Origin: an uncultured Gammaproteobacteria bacterium
Lineage (GTDB): Bacteria; Pseudomonadota; Gammaproteobacteria; JACCXJ01
Reading direction: 5' to 3'
DNA: 64,000 nt
Assembly (NCBI GenBank): GCA_963764725.1
Contig: CAVXTM010000012.1
Span: forward strand, 288,001-352,000
Shown here: piece by piece, positions 31,524 to 40,688 of the stretch
How the letters are laid out: each line of letters opens with the position of its first letter
How positions within the stretch are numbered: position 1 is the first letter of the stretch
Program-made: the position numbers and the translations under genes
Notes under the pieces: model-generated
The model's database searches: none
What the model was told of the DNA's origin: nothing
The model's input: only the letters and a program-made list of their open reading frames with translations

Positions 31524-32800
31524 TTATGGTCCAATGGCTAGGGTCCACTTCTCAGTGCGTTTGTTGATCTCATTGTATGCAATACCCAAAAAGAGAAAAA
31601 TTGATAAAAATGCGAAATTTGGCTTGGATAAAATCATCGTGACAAAGATCACAATCAGTGAAGCTTTGATTCCAACCTCCCTCTGGGTACGGCCCAGCTT
31701 AACTGCCGGATATATAAAGATACAGGTGATCAAGAGAAAGCCTATGATGCCAAGATTAACAAGCGACGTTGACAATAAATCGTTGGATCGAATGTAGCCG
31801 TATCCTACACCGAACAATTGATTGGCGAGGGGCAAGTCAAGATAGTACTCCCAAGAAGTCAAAAAGGCCGCGAATCTCCCAGCCCCAGATGGATTTTCCG
31901 CAGTTACTTTGTCCTCGATTAATTGTGTATAAGCACTCAAAATATGCTCATTACCGAATAATCCCATCGCCAACAAAACGATTAAAATACCACCTATGAC
32001 ACAGACGAATCTATCTGCCAAGCCATAGTATTTAAGTCTGATGAGCAGATAAGTGAAAATTCCCAAAACCGCTGTTGTGGTAGTGCTCATTACCAAGGTG
32101 ACCAATAAAAACCCCTGAACGGCAGTTCGTTTGGTATGCAAGGCATATATCCAAAAAGGGAGGATTGTGAACGCATACATTGAAGGTTCTTGCGTTAGAC
32201 TTTTGAGCCTCTGGAGCGTTAATGGTCCCATATGGATCGTTTGAAACCAGCTGCCAGTACGCTTCTCACCGAATAACTGTCCGGTGTCAAAACCTCGGTT
32301 ACTAAGAAAGTCGCCGCTGCTTCCAATCACCAAAAAATAAACACATTCATAAACACCATACAAACCTAAGACTGTGGCCCCGACAAAAATATATTTGTCC
32401 CATGCCTCGCAATATAAATGTTTCACGAAAAAAAAAGCGACGCACCCGCCAGCAAATACAGAGACTGGGTGAACATCGTTTTTCTCATTAATATGCTGGT
32501 ATCAGTATCCAATGAATCCGTTAGCGGTAAATGGACCGGAAAATAGGTGATGGATGAAAACGCCAGGCTTAATTGCGCGAGTGCATTAAGGGCCACAAAC
32601 CAAAAGGAAGCTAAAGCTAAATCATAAAAGAACGGTAATATCTTCTCTCTAGGAATGATGAGCAGACTTACCGGCGGAGATATAGCGGCGAGCGCGAATA
32701 AATAGCCGGGCGTCGTCCCTTGCATAGTGGGTAATAGCACTACTGACGTTATCGGTAGCACTATTGCCCAAGCAGCAAAATAAATATCATGTCGAGACAT
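31524..32800 (-). pseudogene. Wzy/O-antigen polymerase-like polytopic membrane protein split at a T9 tract
   Basis: ORFs 32423-32800 and 31524-32426 join at A9 (32428-32436); many TM helices, RLKSLTQEPS, S..GRF, LFGVGYGY. Confidence 0.7.
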
Positions 32801-32824
32801 AGATTATCTTCAAAAATGCTGTGT

Positions 32825-32912
32825 TCTCAGGTAATCCGCGTAGCGTGAGAGCTATGAGCGCAAGAATCGGGTTAGCGTAACTGCCTGCGGGAGATACGGA
32901 ACTTCCGGCAAC
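32825..32912 (-). pseudogene. C-terminal remnant of a GMC oxidoreductase
   Basis: VAGSSVSPAGSYANPILALIALTLR resembles the GMC motif GSSVFPT..ANPTLT..ALALR. Confidence 0.6.
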
Positions 32913-32990
32913 AAGCAAGCAAGAAGTAAACGCGAATTTTCCATACCGGCGCAGCAAACTACAGAGCTCCGACGCGAGTATGGCAGCCTA

Positions 32991-34067
32991 TTAATGCGCG
33001 TGAAAGTCGCGTTTTAATAAAGTGGCATGTAGCGCGGTCGCTTCGGCGACCAACACGTCAGGGAACATGTCCGTTTCCGTAGGCTCTTTTGCTTCTTTGA
33101 AGAGTTGTATGCTTGGATCCAGGTCGGGAGTATGCCCACCAATTACCTCGAAAATCCTGTGTAATGATTCGTCAGGGAAAGCGCATAAGCGTTCAAAAGA
33201 AATAAAATGGACGTTTCCAAAGGATTGCTGTGCAAGATGCGTGAAGGCAATGAGCCAGTATTTCAGCCAATAGGTCGGGTTTAGGGGATCAAGTGCCTTC
33301 AGGGATTCACTGCCCGGAAACAGCAAGGGGCGATGCAGATCACCAAATTCCAGATGTCCAATGTCTTCCATGTAGGTCTTGACGAAACGGTTTTTGGCAT
33401 GCAACTCGGTAAAATTCAGATGCTGCTTGTGCAGGGAAAACGCGTGGCTGATGGGGTTTCTGACGGGAATGAAAATCACGCTCCCTGGCAGTAGGTTGGA
33501 GAGGTAGGCTATACGACTAATATTCGCATTATTTTTAGAAGTATAACGCTTTGCAAGGCCTTTCGCTGCTTCAGAGAAAATTATTTTCTTCATGTGCTGC
33601 ATGAAAAAGTCTTCAAAATCAGCGTTGTGTTCCTGCCCAGTGATGAGGTGAATGTTTTCTGGTGGGAATTTTTCCTTCCAGAAATACTTCCATATCATTT
33701 CCTCAAACGCCTCCGGGCTGTCGAACCCAATAAAAATGCCATCGCCGTGGGCACGCTCGTGCATATCGCTATTTTTCTGAAAGTTGCGGAACATTTTTTG
33801 CCACAGTATCGGGCATAACACGAAAGGCATGTTGCGGTACGTGTGGGTAGCAAACAGCCCGGTTTTATAGAGTGCTTCGAGCAGAATCGTGGTGCCTGCC
33901 CGTGGCAGGGAGGTGATAAATACCGGCTTGGATGCATCGATGAACTCAAGGTCTTTCCTGTAGAGCGTATCTTCGATTTCCGAGAGACTGCGTTGCAGCG
34001 CAACTTTGCGAAACGCCAGACCGTGGATGAGTTTATCAAACGTTGAATAGTTGCTGCCGGCACTCAT
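32991..34067 (-). CDS. PAPS-dependent sulfotransferase
   Basis: PVFITSLPRAGTTILL (5'-PSB), SKNNAN, PVRNPISHAFS (3'-PB), ISFERLC. Confidence 0.9.
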   Translation of the reverse strand: MSAGSNYSTFDKLIHGLAFRKVALQRSLSEIEDTLYRKDLEFIDASKPVFITSLPRAGTTILLEALYKTGLFATHTYRNMPFVLCPILWQKMFRNFQKNSDMHERAHGDGIFIGFDSPEAFEEMIWKYFWKEKFPPENIHLITGQEHNADFEDFFMQHMKKIIFSEAAKGLAKRYTSKNNANISRIAYLSNLLPGSVIFIPVRNPISHAFSLHKQHLNFTELHAKNRFVKTYMEDIGHLEFGDLHRPLLFPGSESLKALDPLNPTYWLKYWLIAFTHLAQQSFGNVHFISFERLCAFPDESLHRIFEVIGGHTPDLDPSIQLFKEAKEPTETDMFPDVLVAEATALHATLLKRDFHAH

Positions 34068-34438
34068 CCTTTGCGCCACGGATAAAAGATTACAAGCGTC
34101 AACAATGATGAGAAAACGATTCCCTCCCATGTTTGAAAATAGTCGATGACGTGCTGAGCGTAAGGTAGCTCCAACAAATGGATAATGATGAGGGGGAGGC
34201 TCGCGAGCAATGCGGATAAGACGAACACTCCTAGGACGTTGAGCAGGGCCCGGAAAAGTTTTAGAAGAAAGACCTGGACGGCTTTTTCTTTCTGTTCGTC
34301 AGTAAGATTATGATCCCGTATGCAGGCTAGGGAGGCGTTCATGACCTGAAACATCGTTGATACCGCCGCAACGATTTTAAAATAACGCAAGAGGAGAGAG
34401 AAGGACAGAACGACAAGAGTGCAAAGAGCGAGTGTCAC
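34064..34438 (-). CDS. Hypothetical membrane protein
   Basis: Three hydrophobic segments with LTDEQKEKAVQ; start and stop overlap both neighbours. Confidence 0.75.
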   Translation of the reverse strand: MTLALCTLVVLSFSLLLRYFKIVAAVSTMFQVMNASLACIRDHNLTDEQKEKAVQVFLLKLFRALLNVLGVFVLSALLASLPLIIIHLLELPYAQHVIDYFQTWEGIVFSSLLTLVIFYPWRKG

Positions 34439-34719
34439 TATTTTTGGGCAGGTTCTACGGGGTGTTCTCTCCTTTTTCCAGCGTGTTTCTCACGCGGGAC
34501 GGTTCCGACGGGCTCTGATTGTTTGCGTTTAGTGATCAGCCGCTTTATGGGGTACCAAAGGAAGCCGAAGATGGCGAGAAAGATCAGGCCAAGAAACGCA
34601 AGGACACTGCCGATAACGGTAAGGCCTGCGCCTGGCCCAACATATGCCAATGCTGGTTCCGCGGTTAAGAGTGACAAAAGTAAAAAGCATAAAAATGGAG
34701 ATGTTAATTGTCCTGTCAT
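34438..34719 (-). CDS. Small protein: signal peptide + YVGPGAG motif + TM helix + basic tail
   Basis: AEPALA/YVGPGAGLTVIGSVLAFLGLIFLAIFGFLWYPIKRLITKRK. Confidence 0.8.
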   Translation of the reverse strand: MTGQLTSPFLCFLLLSLLTAEPALAYVGPGAGLTVIGSVLAFLGLIFLAIFGFLWYPIKRLITKRKQSEPVGTVPREKHAGKRREHPVEPAQK

Positions 34720-34728
34720 GGCTGTTTC

Positions 34729-36018
34729 CTATTTTGCAGTACTTGCACATTCGGGTAGTTCTCTTTCAAAAAAATCATCTGCCACCCACGTAGCCTTGTT
34801 TATCACGCCATTATTCTGTTCATCATAGATATTTTGATATTCCCACACAATCTGTGAATCGCCATTGACCTCAAACGCACGGCCATCCTGGGGCTCCGTA
34901 ATAAAAATATTTCCGTTAGGAAGATATTCATGTACCCCACGCATATAAGTATAAAAAGGCTGTTCATCCGTTCCTGCAAACACGGTTTCGATTGCCCTTG
35001 TTTTAGGATCAACCGTTACAATGCTGGAATGTTTTCCATACATGTTGTTGTCGAATACGGAGATTACCCCGGTTGCCAAAAAAACTGGATCATGCTGGCG
35101 ATGCCAAGGACCAGCTTGCCACCATTTCGTGACGCCTGTCTCAGCATCAATCACGCTTACGAGGTTGATATTTCTGAAACTGAGCATCAGATCACCCACG
35201 TTAAACATCGGGAAAGCTTCGGACAATTCGGGGGTCAACACATCAATGTCATTGGGGTGGAATGGGTTTTCCAGCATCGGGGCACTCGCACTTTCATCCG
35301 ACTTACGCGCACCGTATATCCCCCATGCGTCATGTTTAAGAATAATGTCATCAAACAAGGATAGTTCTTTCAACACCTTCCCCGTGGCAAGATCTACATT
35401 GACCAGGAAGCTTTTGGGTTCGCCCAAGTATCGCTCTTCGCTGTTTCGCCATGCCCAGACAGTGCCGTTCAGTCCTACCGAAACAATATGGTGATACTGC
35501 CCTGGAATATTCCAGATGATTTTTCCGCACGCATCCAAGTGTGCCAGAACATTACCGCCGTCAAAGGTAACAATGATGGAGCCGTTAGGGAACACCTGGA
35601 ACCCATGTAAAAACACATTTGTAGCCGACCTTCCGCTGCGATCAAGCGTTTCATAGTCGATCGGCCAGTAATGCAAGACCTTACCCGCATGGTCCATGAG
35701 GTAGGCGCCGTTAAGGGCGGATTCTGTTGGTGTTAGACCTGCGATGATTCGAAAACCCTGTTCCAAATGCCCTTCAGAGGCTTTAAGGCGTATTCTTTCT
35801 TGGTGGTGAGGTAACACTAAGTGGCGCGTGGGGCGACCACCAAGATCATTCTTGAGATGTTCGAACTGATCCCGAAGCTCGTTCCTGGTTTCTCTGATCA
35901 GATAGAACGGAAATACCTGATAAGTGCCAACAAATAGTCCGTAGAAAAAGACTACCACAAACGTGAGCAAGGAAAAGAAAATGATCGAAAATTTAAAAAG
36001 CGTTTTGCTAAGATCCAT
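34729..36018 (-). CDS. Arylsulfotransferase (ASST)-family protein, periplasmic
   Basis: N-terminal TM, FLHG, QYHH, NPFHPNDID, LSFRNIN, WHRQHDP, VFDNN, LPNGNIFITE. Confidence 0.85.
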   Translation of the reverse strand: MDLSKTLFKFSIIFFSLLTFVVVFFYGLFVGTYQVFPFYLIRETRNELRDQFEHLKNDLGGRPTRHLVLPHHQERIRLKASEGHLEQGFRIIAGLTPTESALNGAYLMDHAGKVLHYWPIDYETLDRSGRSATNVFLHGFQVFPNGSIIVTFDGGNVLAHLDACGKIIWNIPGQYHHIVSVGLNGTVWAWRNSEERYLGEPKSFLVNVDLATGKVLKELSLFDDIILKHDAWGIYGARKSDESASAPMLENPFHPNDIDVLTPELSEAFPMFNVGDLMLSFRNINLVSVIDAETGVTKWWQAGPWHRQHDPVFLATGVISVFDNNMYGKHSSIVTVDPKTRAIETVFAGTDEQPFYTYMRGVHEYLPNGNIFITEPQDGRAFEVNGDSQIVWEYQNIYDEQNNGVINKATWVADDFFERELPECASTAK

Positions 36019-36204
36019 CGTTACGCCTTGGTTCGTTAGTATGAGGTGGCTCCGGTTGTCTGAAGGGAAATGGGGTTTAGTAGGTGGAACCGCTGCCGCA
36101 GGTTGTTGATGACCGCCGCCGCGCCTCTACCACGGTGTATTACCCGGGGTCTTTACTCCACCGCGCCCTCCGAGTACAAGACGGAAGTAAGAGATCCGAA
36201 AAAT

Positions 36205-37272
36205 CTAAGGTGACATTCTGCGAGCCGGATGATGGCGTGCTTCCCGTCCACGGCGCGGAGTCTCCCTCTCCGCCGCCTGAAACGCTGCAAAGCTCGGCTT
36301 CTTGGTATTGTTGCTCCGTAGCAGGCCAAAATTCCCTTTCTTTGCATCTTTTAACTGAAACCACCAGATGCCTTCAAGAAACGGCACCGACGGCGCCCGC
36401 TTGAAGAGTTCAGTGATATAGTCGGCCCCAAGCTGCTCACTTGCTGGCGTGGCGTTATTGTGAAACCCAGCTTCACTCACCAGGATAGGTATAGTCCTCC
36501 CAGTCTTTTGTTTGACGAGGTCCTCTCTGGCGTTGATAACTTCAAAAAACTTATCAACGCCGACCGATGCGGGTGCAGCGGATGGAACATGGCCCGGCCA
36601 GTTTTGCCGGTAGACGTAGAGGTGCAAGGACAACATATCCATGCAATCCCCCGCACCAGCGTCGAGCATTCCTCTAACAAAAGGTTCGTTCGCTCCCGCA
36701 ACGGAACCGCCGACAACTATGGCATTCGGCCGAACCGCCTTGATAGCATTGTAGGTTCTGCAGAGCAGGTCGGTATACATGGCGGCATCGTTGCAGGGCG
36801 GCTCCTTCCAATTGCAACCGAGACCGAACCCTCCATTCCATTCGTTCCAAACTTCGTAATATTTGACTTTGCTACCGTATGTTTGAACGAGTTGAGCAGA
36901 GCGGTCAGCGTAACACTGCCTTCCGCTTGCCGTTTTCGCGTTGCATCCAACGCCGTAACCAAGCATAAAAAGAACCGACTTGCCGTTTTGAGCAGCCCAA
37001 TTGACGCCGAAATCGTGGTTCCCGTGGTTGTACGCTAGCCGTATAGAGTGAGCGCCGAGCTCCTTGGTAAACTGCTGGCCTGCCGCGTCAAAGGTGCCTG
37101 CGTGCTGTTGGACATTGAGGCCGACGACAGGTTGCCCAGGGGGTGGACGGGGTGTTGATGATGTGCATGCCGTCATGCTCAAGATCACCTCCAGAACGGC
37201 CCATCGAGAACTCCTGGACTGAATAGACTCCCCTTTCTTAAGGCATTTCTTTAAAATATTAGTTAATAGCAT
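36205..37272 (-). CDS. Clan GH-A glycoside hydrolase (GH39/GH5-like), paralogue 1, lipoprotein-like N-terminus
   Basis: YEVWNE acid/base and ILVSEAG nucleophile motifs, SLHLY, FGLL...KKPSF; lipobox-like ILSMTAC. Start uncertain. Confidence 0.8.
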   Translation of the reverse strand: MLLTNILKKCLKKGESIQSRSSRWAVLEVILSMTACTSSTPRPPPGQPVVGLNVQQHAGTFDAAGQQFTKELGAHSIRLAYNHGNHDFGVNWAAQNGKSVLFMLGYGVGCNAKTASGRQCYADRSAQLVQTYGSKVKYYEVWNEWNGGFGLGCNWKEPPCNDAAMYTDLLCRTYNAIKAVRPNAIVVGGSVAGANEPFVRGMLDAGAGDCMDMLSLHLYVYRQNWPGHVPSAAPASVGVDKFFEVINAREDLVKQKTGRTIPILVSEAGFHNNATPASEQLGADYITELFKRAPSVPFLEGIWWFQLKDAKKGNFGLLRSNNTKKPSFAAFQAAERETPRRGREARHHPARRMSP

Positions 37273-37490
37273 TGTCTACAGAGGGTTTTTCTACGCTAGT
37301 GGTCTTCCTACTCGCATGATGCTCACTTCGCTATTAGTTTCTCGACAACGGCCCATACGCTGATGTCGCAGCCTTGTCCCAACTGTACTTGGCGCTTGTT
37401 TCAATCCTTTACGCCCGCATGTCGTCCTGTTTTCCGCGGTCATGTAACACTTGCGCAATTTTTTTCTGCGATATCTGTAGGGTCGTAAGG
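37158..37490. repeat. Diverged ~330-bp duplication, partner at ~51341-51685
   Basis: Shared blocks GTCATGCTCAAGATCA, CGCATGATGCTC, CCCAACTGTACTTGG, CGCATGTCGTCCTGTTT, GTAGGGTCGTA in the same order and orientation. Confidence 0.9.
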
Positions 37491-37699
37491 ATATCAAATT
37501 TCGCCGAGCCGATTATTCCAATGCCACGGGCCACTGCTTATTGGGTGGTCAGACTGCTTACAGCGAGAACGAATGGCCCATCCCCAGTCCCCGTTCTTTG
37601 TAATATCGTGTTATCGGGCGTTTGCGCTGAGAGTCAGCCCCTGCAGGCAGACCTCGGAGGGCCAGACGCAGCCTCCATCTCCTATGCAGCTTCCACAAG

Positions 37700-37890
37700 A
37701 AAGCTCATCCCTCCATGAGCCTCCTTCCTGTTCCTCTGCGGCACACTGATATTTGCAGTCCCATCTCGTATGACTGAAACTTTGATATTTTTTCATCTGT
37801 GAATCCCCTTCCTTGGCGGAGATCGGAGATTCACACCGACCGTAGTACCGGTCAAACCGCGGTGAGTCCCCCGGCAAAGCCGGGAGCTTA
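37700..37890 (-). mobile_element. IS200/IS605-family remnant (one end + tnpA 5' fragment)
   Basis: Terminal hairpin CTCCCGGCTTTGCCGGGGG and MKKYQSFSHTRWDCKY. Confidence 0.8.
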
Positions 37891-38114
37891 CCTCACTGAG
37901 TTAACTGGTAACAGGTGCGAGGGATTCAGTCGATTCCTGAAGGGCCCCTCGCACCATACATAATACCAGCCACGATAGGTTAACGAAACCGCCTTATTTC
38001 GCTGCTTCCGTGATATTGATATTGGCAACGGAGGACCGGATGATCCGAGGGGTACTCGAGCCGGCCACATTGATCGCATTACTACCGGTGTAATGCGTCA
38101 TAGAGGTCCAATGA

Positions 38115-39362
38115 TCAATAGATACTAATATCGCGTGCAACTGCCTTATATGCATCAAAGGCCGGCTTTTTGGTGTCATTGCCACGTAGTAGGCCGAACG
38201 TGGTCCCTATAATTGGGTTATCCTTCAGCTGAAACCACCAGATCCCTTCAAGAAACGGCACCGCCGCCGCTCGCCTATAGAGTTCGGTGAGAAACTCTGC
38301 CTCAAGCCTGTCGGGCCCATCGCCATTGCCGTGGAACCCGGTTTCAGTCAGGATGACGGGGATATCCTTCCCTGTCCTTGCTTTGAAAAGGTTATATCTG
38401 GCGGTCATGATGTCAATTACACTCTGGGCGCCAACCGCTCCGGGCGCGTTGGCCGGAACATGACCCGGTAGGTTTTGCCGGTATGGGTAGTAGTGCAAGG
38501 ACAGCACATCCATGCAGTCTCCCGCGCCGTTATCAAGTATTCCTCTCAAAGCAGTCTCGCTCGCTCCCGCAATTACCCCGCCGGCTACTCTGGCATTCGG
38601 CGCAACTGCCTTGATTGCATCATAGGTCCGGCAGAGGAGATCTGTATACTCGGCGGAGCGCGGTTGGTTCTGTTTCCAATCGCCATACGGGCCGAACTGG
38701 CCATGCCATTCGTTCCAGACTTCGTAGTATTCGACCTTGTTGCCGTATGTTTGAACGAGTTGAGCGGAGCGGTCCGCGTAACACTGCCTCCCGCTTGCCG
38801 TTTTCGCATTACACCCTTTGCCGTAACCGAGCATGAGAACAACCGACTTGCCGTTTTGAGCAGCCCACTCGATGTTATTTTTTTCGTGAGGAAACTCTGT
38901 GCGCACGGAATGCGCCCCCAGCTCGAGAGTGAACGACTTAAAGGCGTCGTCAATCACCCTCGCCGGCGCCGGATTGAGGCCGACGACAATCTGTGGAGGG
39001 GGTGGAGGGGGTGGAGGAAGTGCGACTAGCACTTTAACCGCCGCCGAGACGTTCTTAGTAGTCCCGGCACAAGTCAATTTATAGGTTTGGCTGGAGGTGA
39101 TATTCTTAACGGTCTGGCTACCCGACGTGCCTTTGCTTCCCGACCATCCGCCGCTCGCCGTACATGATTTGGTATTTTGAGAGGCCCACGATAACGTTGC
39201 GTTGCCGCCTTTGCCTACCTTTACGGGGTTCGCTTTCAATGATAAAGCGGGAAGCGGCGCTGCGTAGGTAGCCGCCGGTAAAAAGAGAAATAACATGATT
39301 CCCAACATCACCGTTGAACCTAAAGTCCTGGTGACGTTGAGGCGTGATGTAATATCAAACAT
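38115..39362 (-). CDS. Clan GH-A glycoside hydrolase, paralogue 2: signal peptide, small Ig-like domain, poly-Pro linker, catalytic barrel
   Basis: RBS GGAGG; ATLSWAS..SCTASGGWSG..TYKLTC; P9 linker; YEVWNE; ILTETG. Confidence 0.85.
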   Translation of the reverse strand: MFDITSRLNVTRTLGSTVMLGIMLFLFLPAATYAAPLPALSLKANPVKVGKGGNATLSWASQNTKSCTASGGWSGSKGTSGSQTVKNITSSQTYKLTCAGTTKNVSAAVKVLVALPPPPPPPPQIVVGLNPAPARVIDDAFKSFTLELGAHSVRTEFPHEKNNIEWAAQNGKSVVLMLGYGKGCNAKTASGRQCYADRSAQLVQTYGNKVEYYEVWNEWHGQFGPYGDWKQNQPRSAEYTDLLCRTYDAIKAVAPNARVAGGVIAGASETALRGILDNGAGDCMDVLSLHYYPYRQNLPGHVPANAPGAVGAQSVIDIMTARYNLFKARTGKDIPVILTETGFHGNGDGPDRLEAEFLTELYRRAAAVPFLEGIWWFQLKDNPIIGTTFGLLRGNDTKKPAFDAYKAVARDISIY

Positions 39363-39429
39363 TTCAGTACCTCCTTGTTTTGCTGATAGGTGCCTGACGA
39401 AACGCCCAGCACACAGGAGGTACTGTTGG

Positions 39430-39522
39430 ATCGCCTGGCAACCCTGCGACCATGCCCTCATCCATGGAGGGGTTAGGCCAGTAGTTTTGCGTCCCATCCT
39501 TTCGGATGGTTTGCCTTTTTCA
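39430..39522 (-). ncRNA. c-di-GMP-I (GEMM-I) riboswitch
   Basis: GGCAAACCATCC-GAAA-GGATGGGACGCAAAACTACTGGCCTAA...ATGGTCGCAGGGTTGCC matches the Vc2-type consensus (GNRA tetraloop, receptor, G at the G20-equivalent position); it ends ~70 nt before the paralogue 2 ATG. Confidence 0.93.
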
Positions 39523-39732
39523 GTGCTGTCTATATCTCTTGAGGTGTTGATCCACCTCGCGAGAAACATCGCTCGAACGCGAATCTATCGGCGCTCGCTT
39601 CTGAAGCTTTAGTAGCGGTTCCTGGGCCGTTGTCCGATGAAAACGTTTCTGGTCTTACGGTACGCCGCGGCTGTTAACCGGACTTGTAACCGATCATAAG
39701 CACAGTATAATGCTTTAGTTAAACGTGCAAGA

Positions 39733-39763
39733 ATCTCCCTGAACGGAGCGGTTCAGGGAGAAA
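39733..39763. terminator. Hairpin, possible terminator
   Basis: TCTCCCTGAAC-GGAGCG-GTTCAGGGAGA perfect 11-bp stem. Confidence 0.55.
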
Positions 39764-39999
39764 ATGTGTGATCTGAATTAAGGTTGTGACCTCGGGGTGC
39801 TAGTAGAGAGACTGCTCGACGGCGGGAAACCGAGGGACGTGAGCCAATCGCCCGCGGCTTGCTCGTCACACAGTGGTGGGCGGAGGTTCCCCTCTCCACT
39901 ATCTTCATTCCCGTGCTTGCTAACCGTGTTTCGAAATACCCATCCGTCCAAAACTCTCCTCCCCATAGCTCTGATCTTTAATCGGAGGAGATAAGCCGG

Positions 40000-40090
40000 A
40001 TGGAACACGGGCAAGTGGAAGCGACGATTGCGCAGGAGGGCAACGAGCTGCTCAGTCGTTTGCTGCATGGGCATACGGATTTAGGGGCAA
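40000..40090 (+). mobile_element. ISKra4-like transposase fragment
   Basis: MEHGQVEATIAQEGNELLSRLLHGHTDL. Confidence 0.55.
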
Positions 40091-40109
40091 AGACCGAGGA
40101 GAGATGCTT

Positions 40110-40345
40110 GGAGGTAGTAGGGGCCGACTTCGAAGCGATCGACCTCGACTGGTGGATAGATCACCACCGACGTGCCGCCGTAGCACGTGCGTATCCGCTC
40201 CTGCACACATTTAGAGTTCTGAATGAAGAAGTCCATTCCTGTGCGGCGCGATAGTCCGAGGCACGTAGCCACGGAATGAAAAGCTTCGCGACGCCTCTTA
40301 GCGCAGCGCTTTGCACTTCGTTTGCGAGATAATGGTCTGCCAAAA
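40110..40345 (-). pseudogene. GT4 glycosyltransferase internal fragment
   Basis: WLRASDYRAAQ / DFFIQNSKCVQERIRTCYGGTSVVIYPPVEVDRF. Confidence 0.7.
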
Positions 40346-40688
40346 AAACGCGGTGGCGTGTGGCAGGGCGAGGATGATCCTCTTGTCATCTACCGGACTG
40401 GTGTCAGTATGGTGCCGATCTATGAATGGCGATGTAGTTCAAAATAAACCTCTTAGAAGTATGCTGGCTATGACAGGAACAACGCCGTAAAGCACGATAA
40501 ATTTGCGATAAAAGCGTATCGTGACACATAGCTGCTCCTTCACGATAGAATTTACGCGACGACGCAGGACGTGGGAATGAGAGGACGCTTATAAGATATG
40601 GCGGGCAGACGGTCAGGCATTCTTCCAAGTACACATACTCCGAAGCCTAGCAGGAACTATACGACATCTCCAAGTCTATCTCCTCTTA

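Noticed and set aside
36255-36280. TCCCTCTCCGCC resembling a tRNA-Ser 3' end (possible att site)
   Set aside because: Too short, no T-arm or CCA, and no integrase nearby.
37915-37956. Long hairpin GGTGCGAGGG...CCCTCGCACC downstream of GH paralogue 2
   Set aside because: A real inverted repeat, but no U-tract or recognisable RNA family, so no function can be assigned.
39430-39522. cGAMP-sensing (GEMM-Ib) riboswitch variant
   Set aside because: The specificity position is G (GGCAAA), not the A seen in cGAMP-selective variants.
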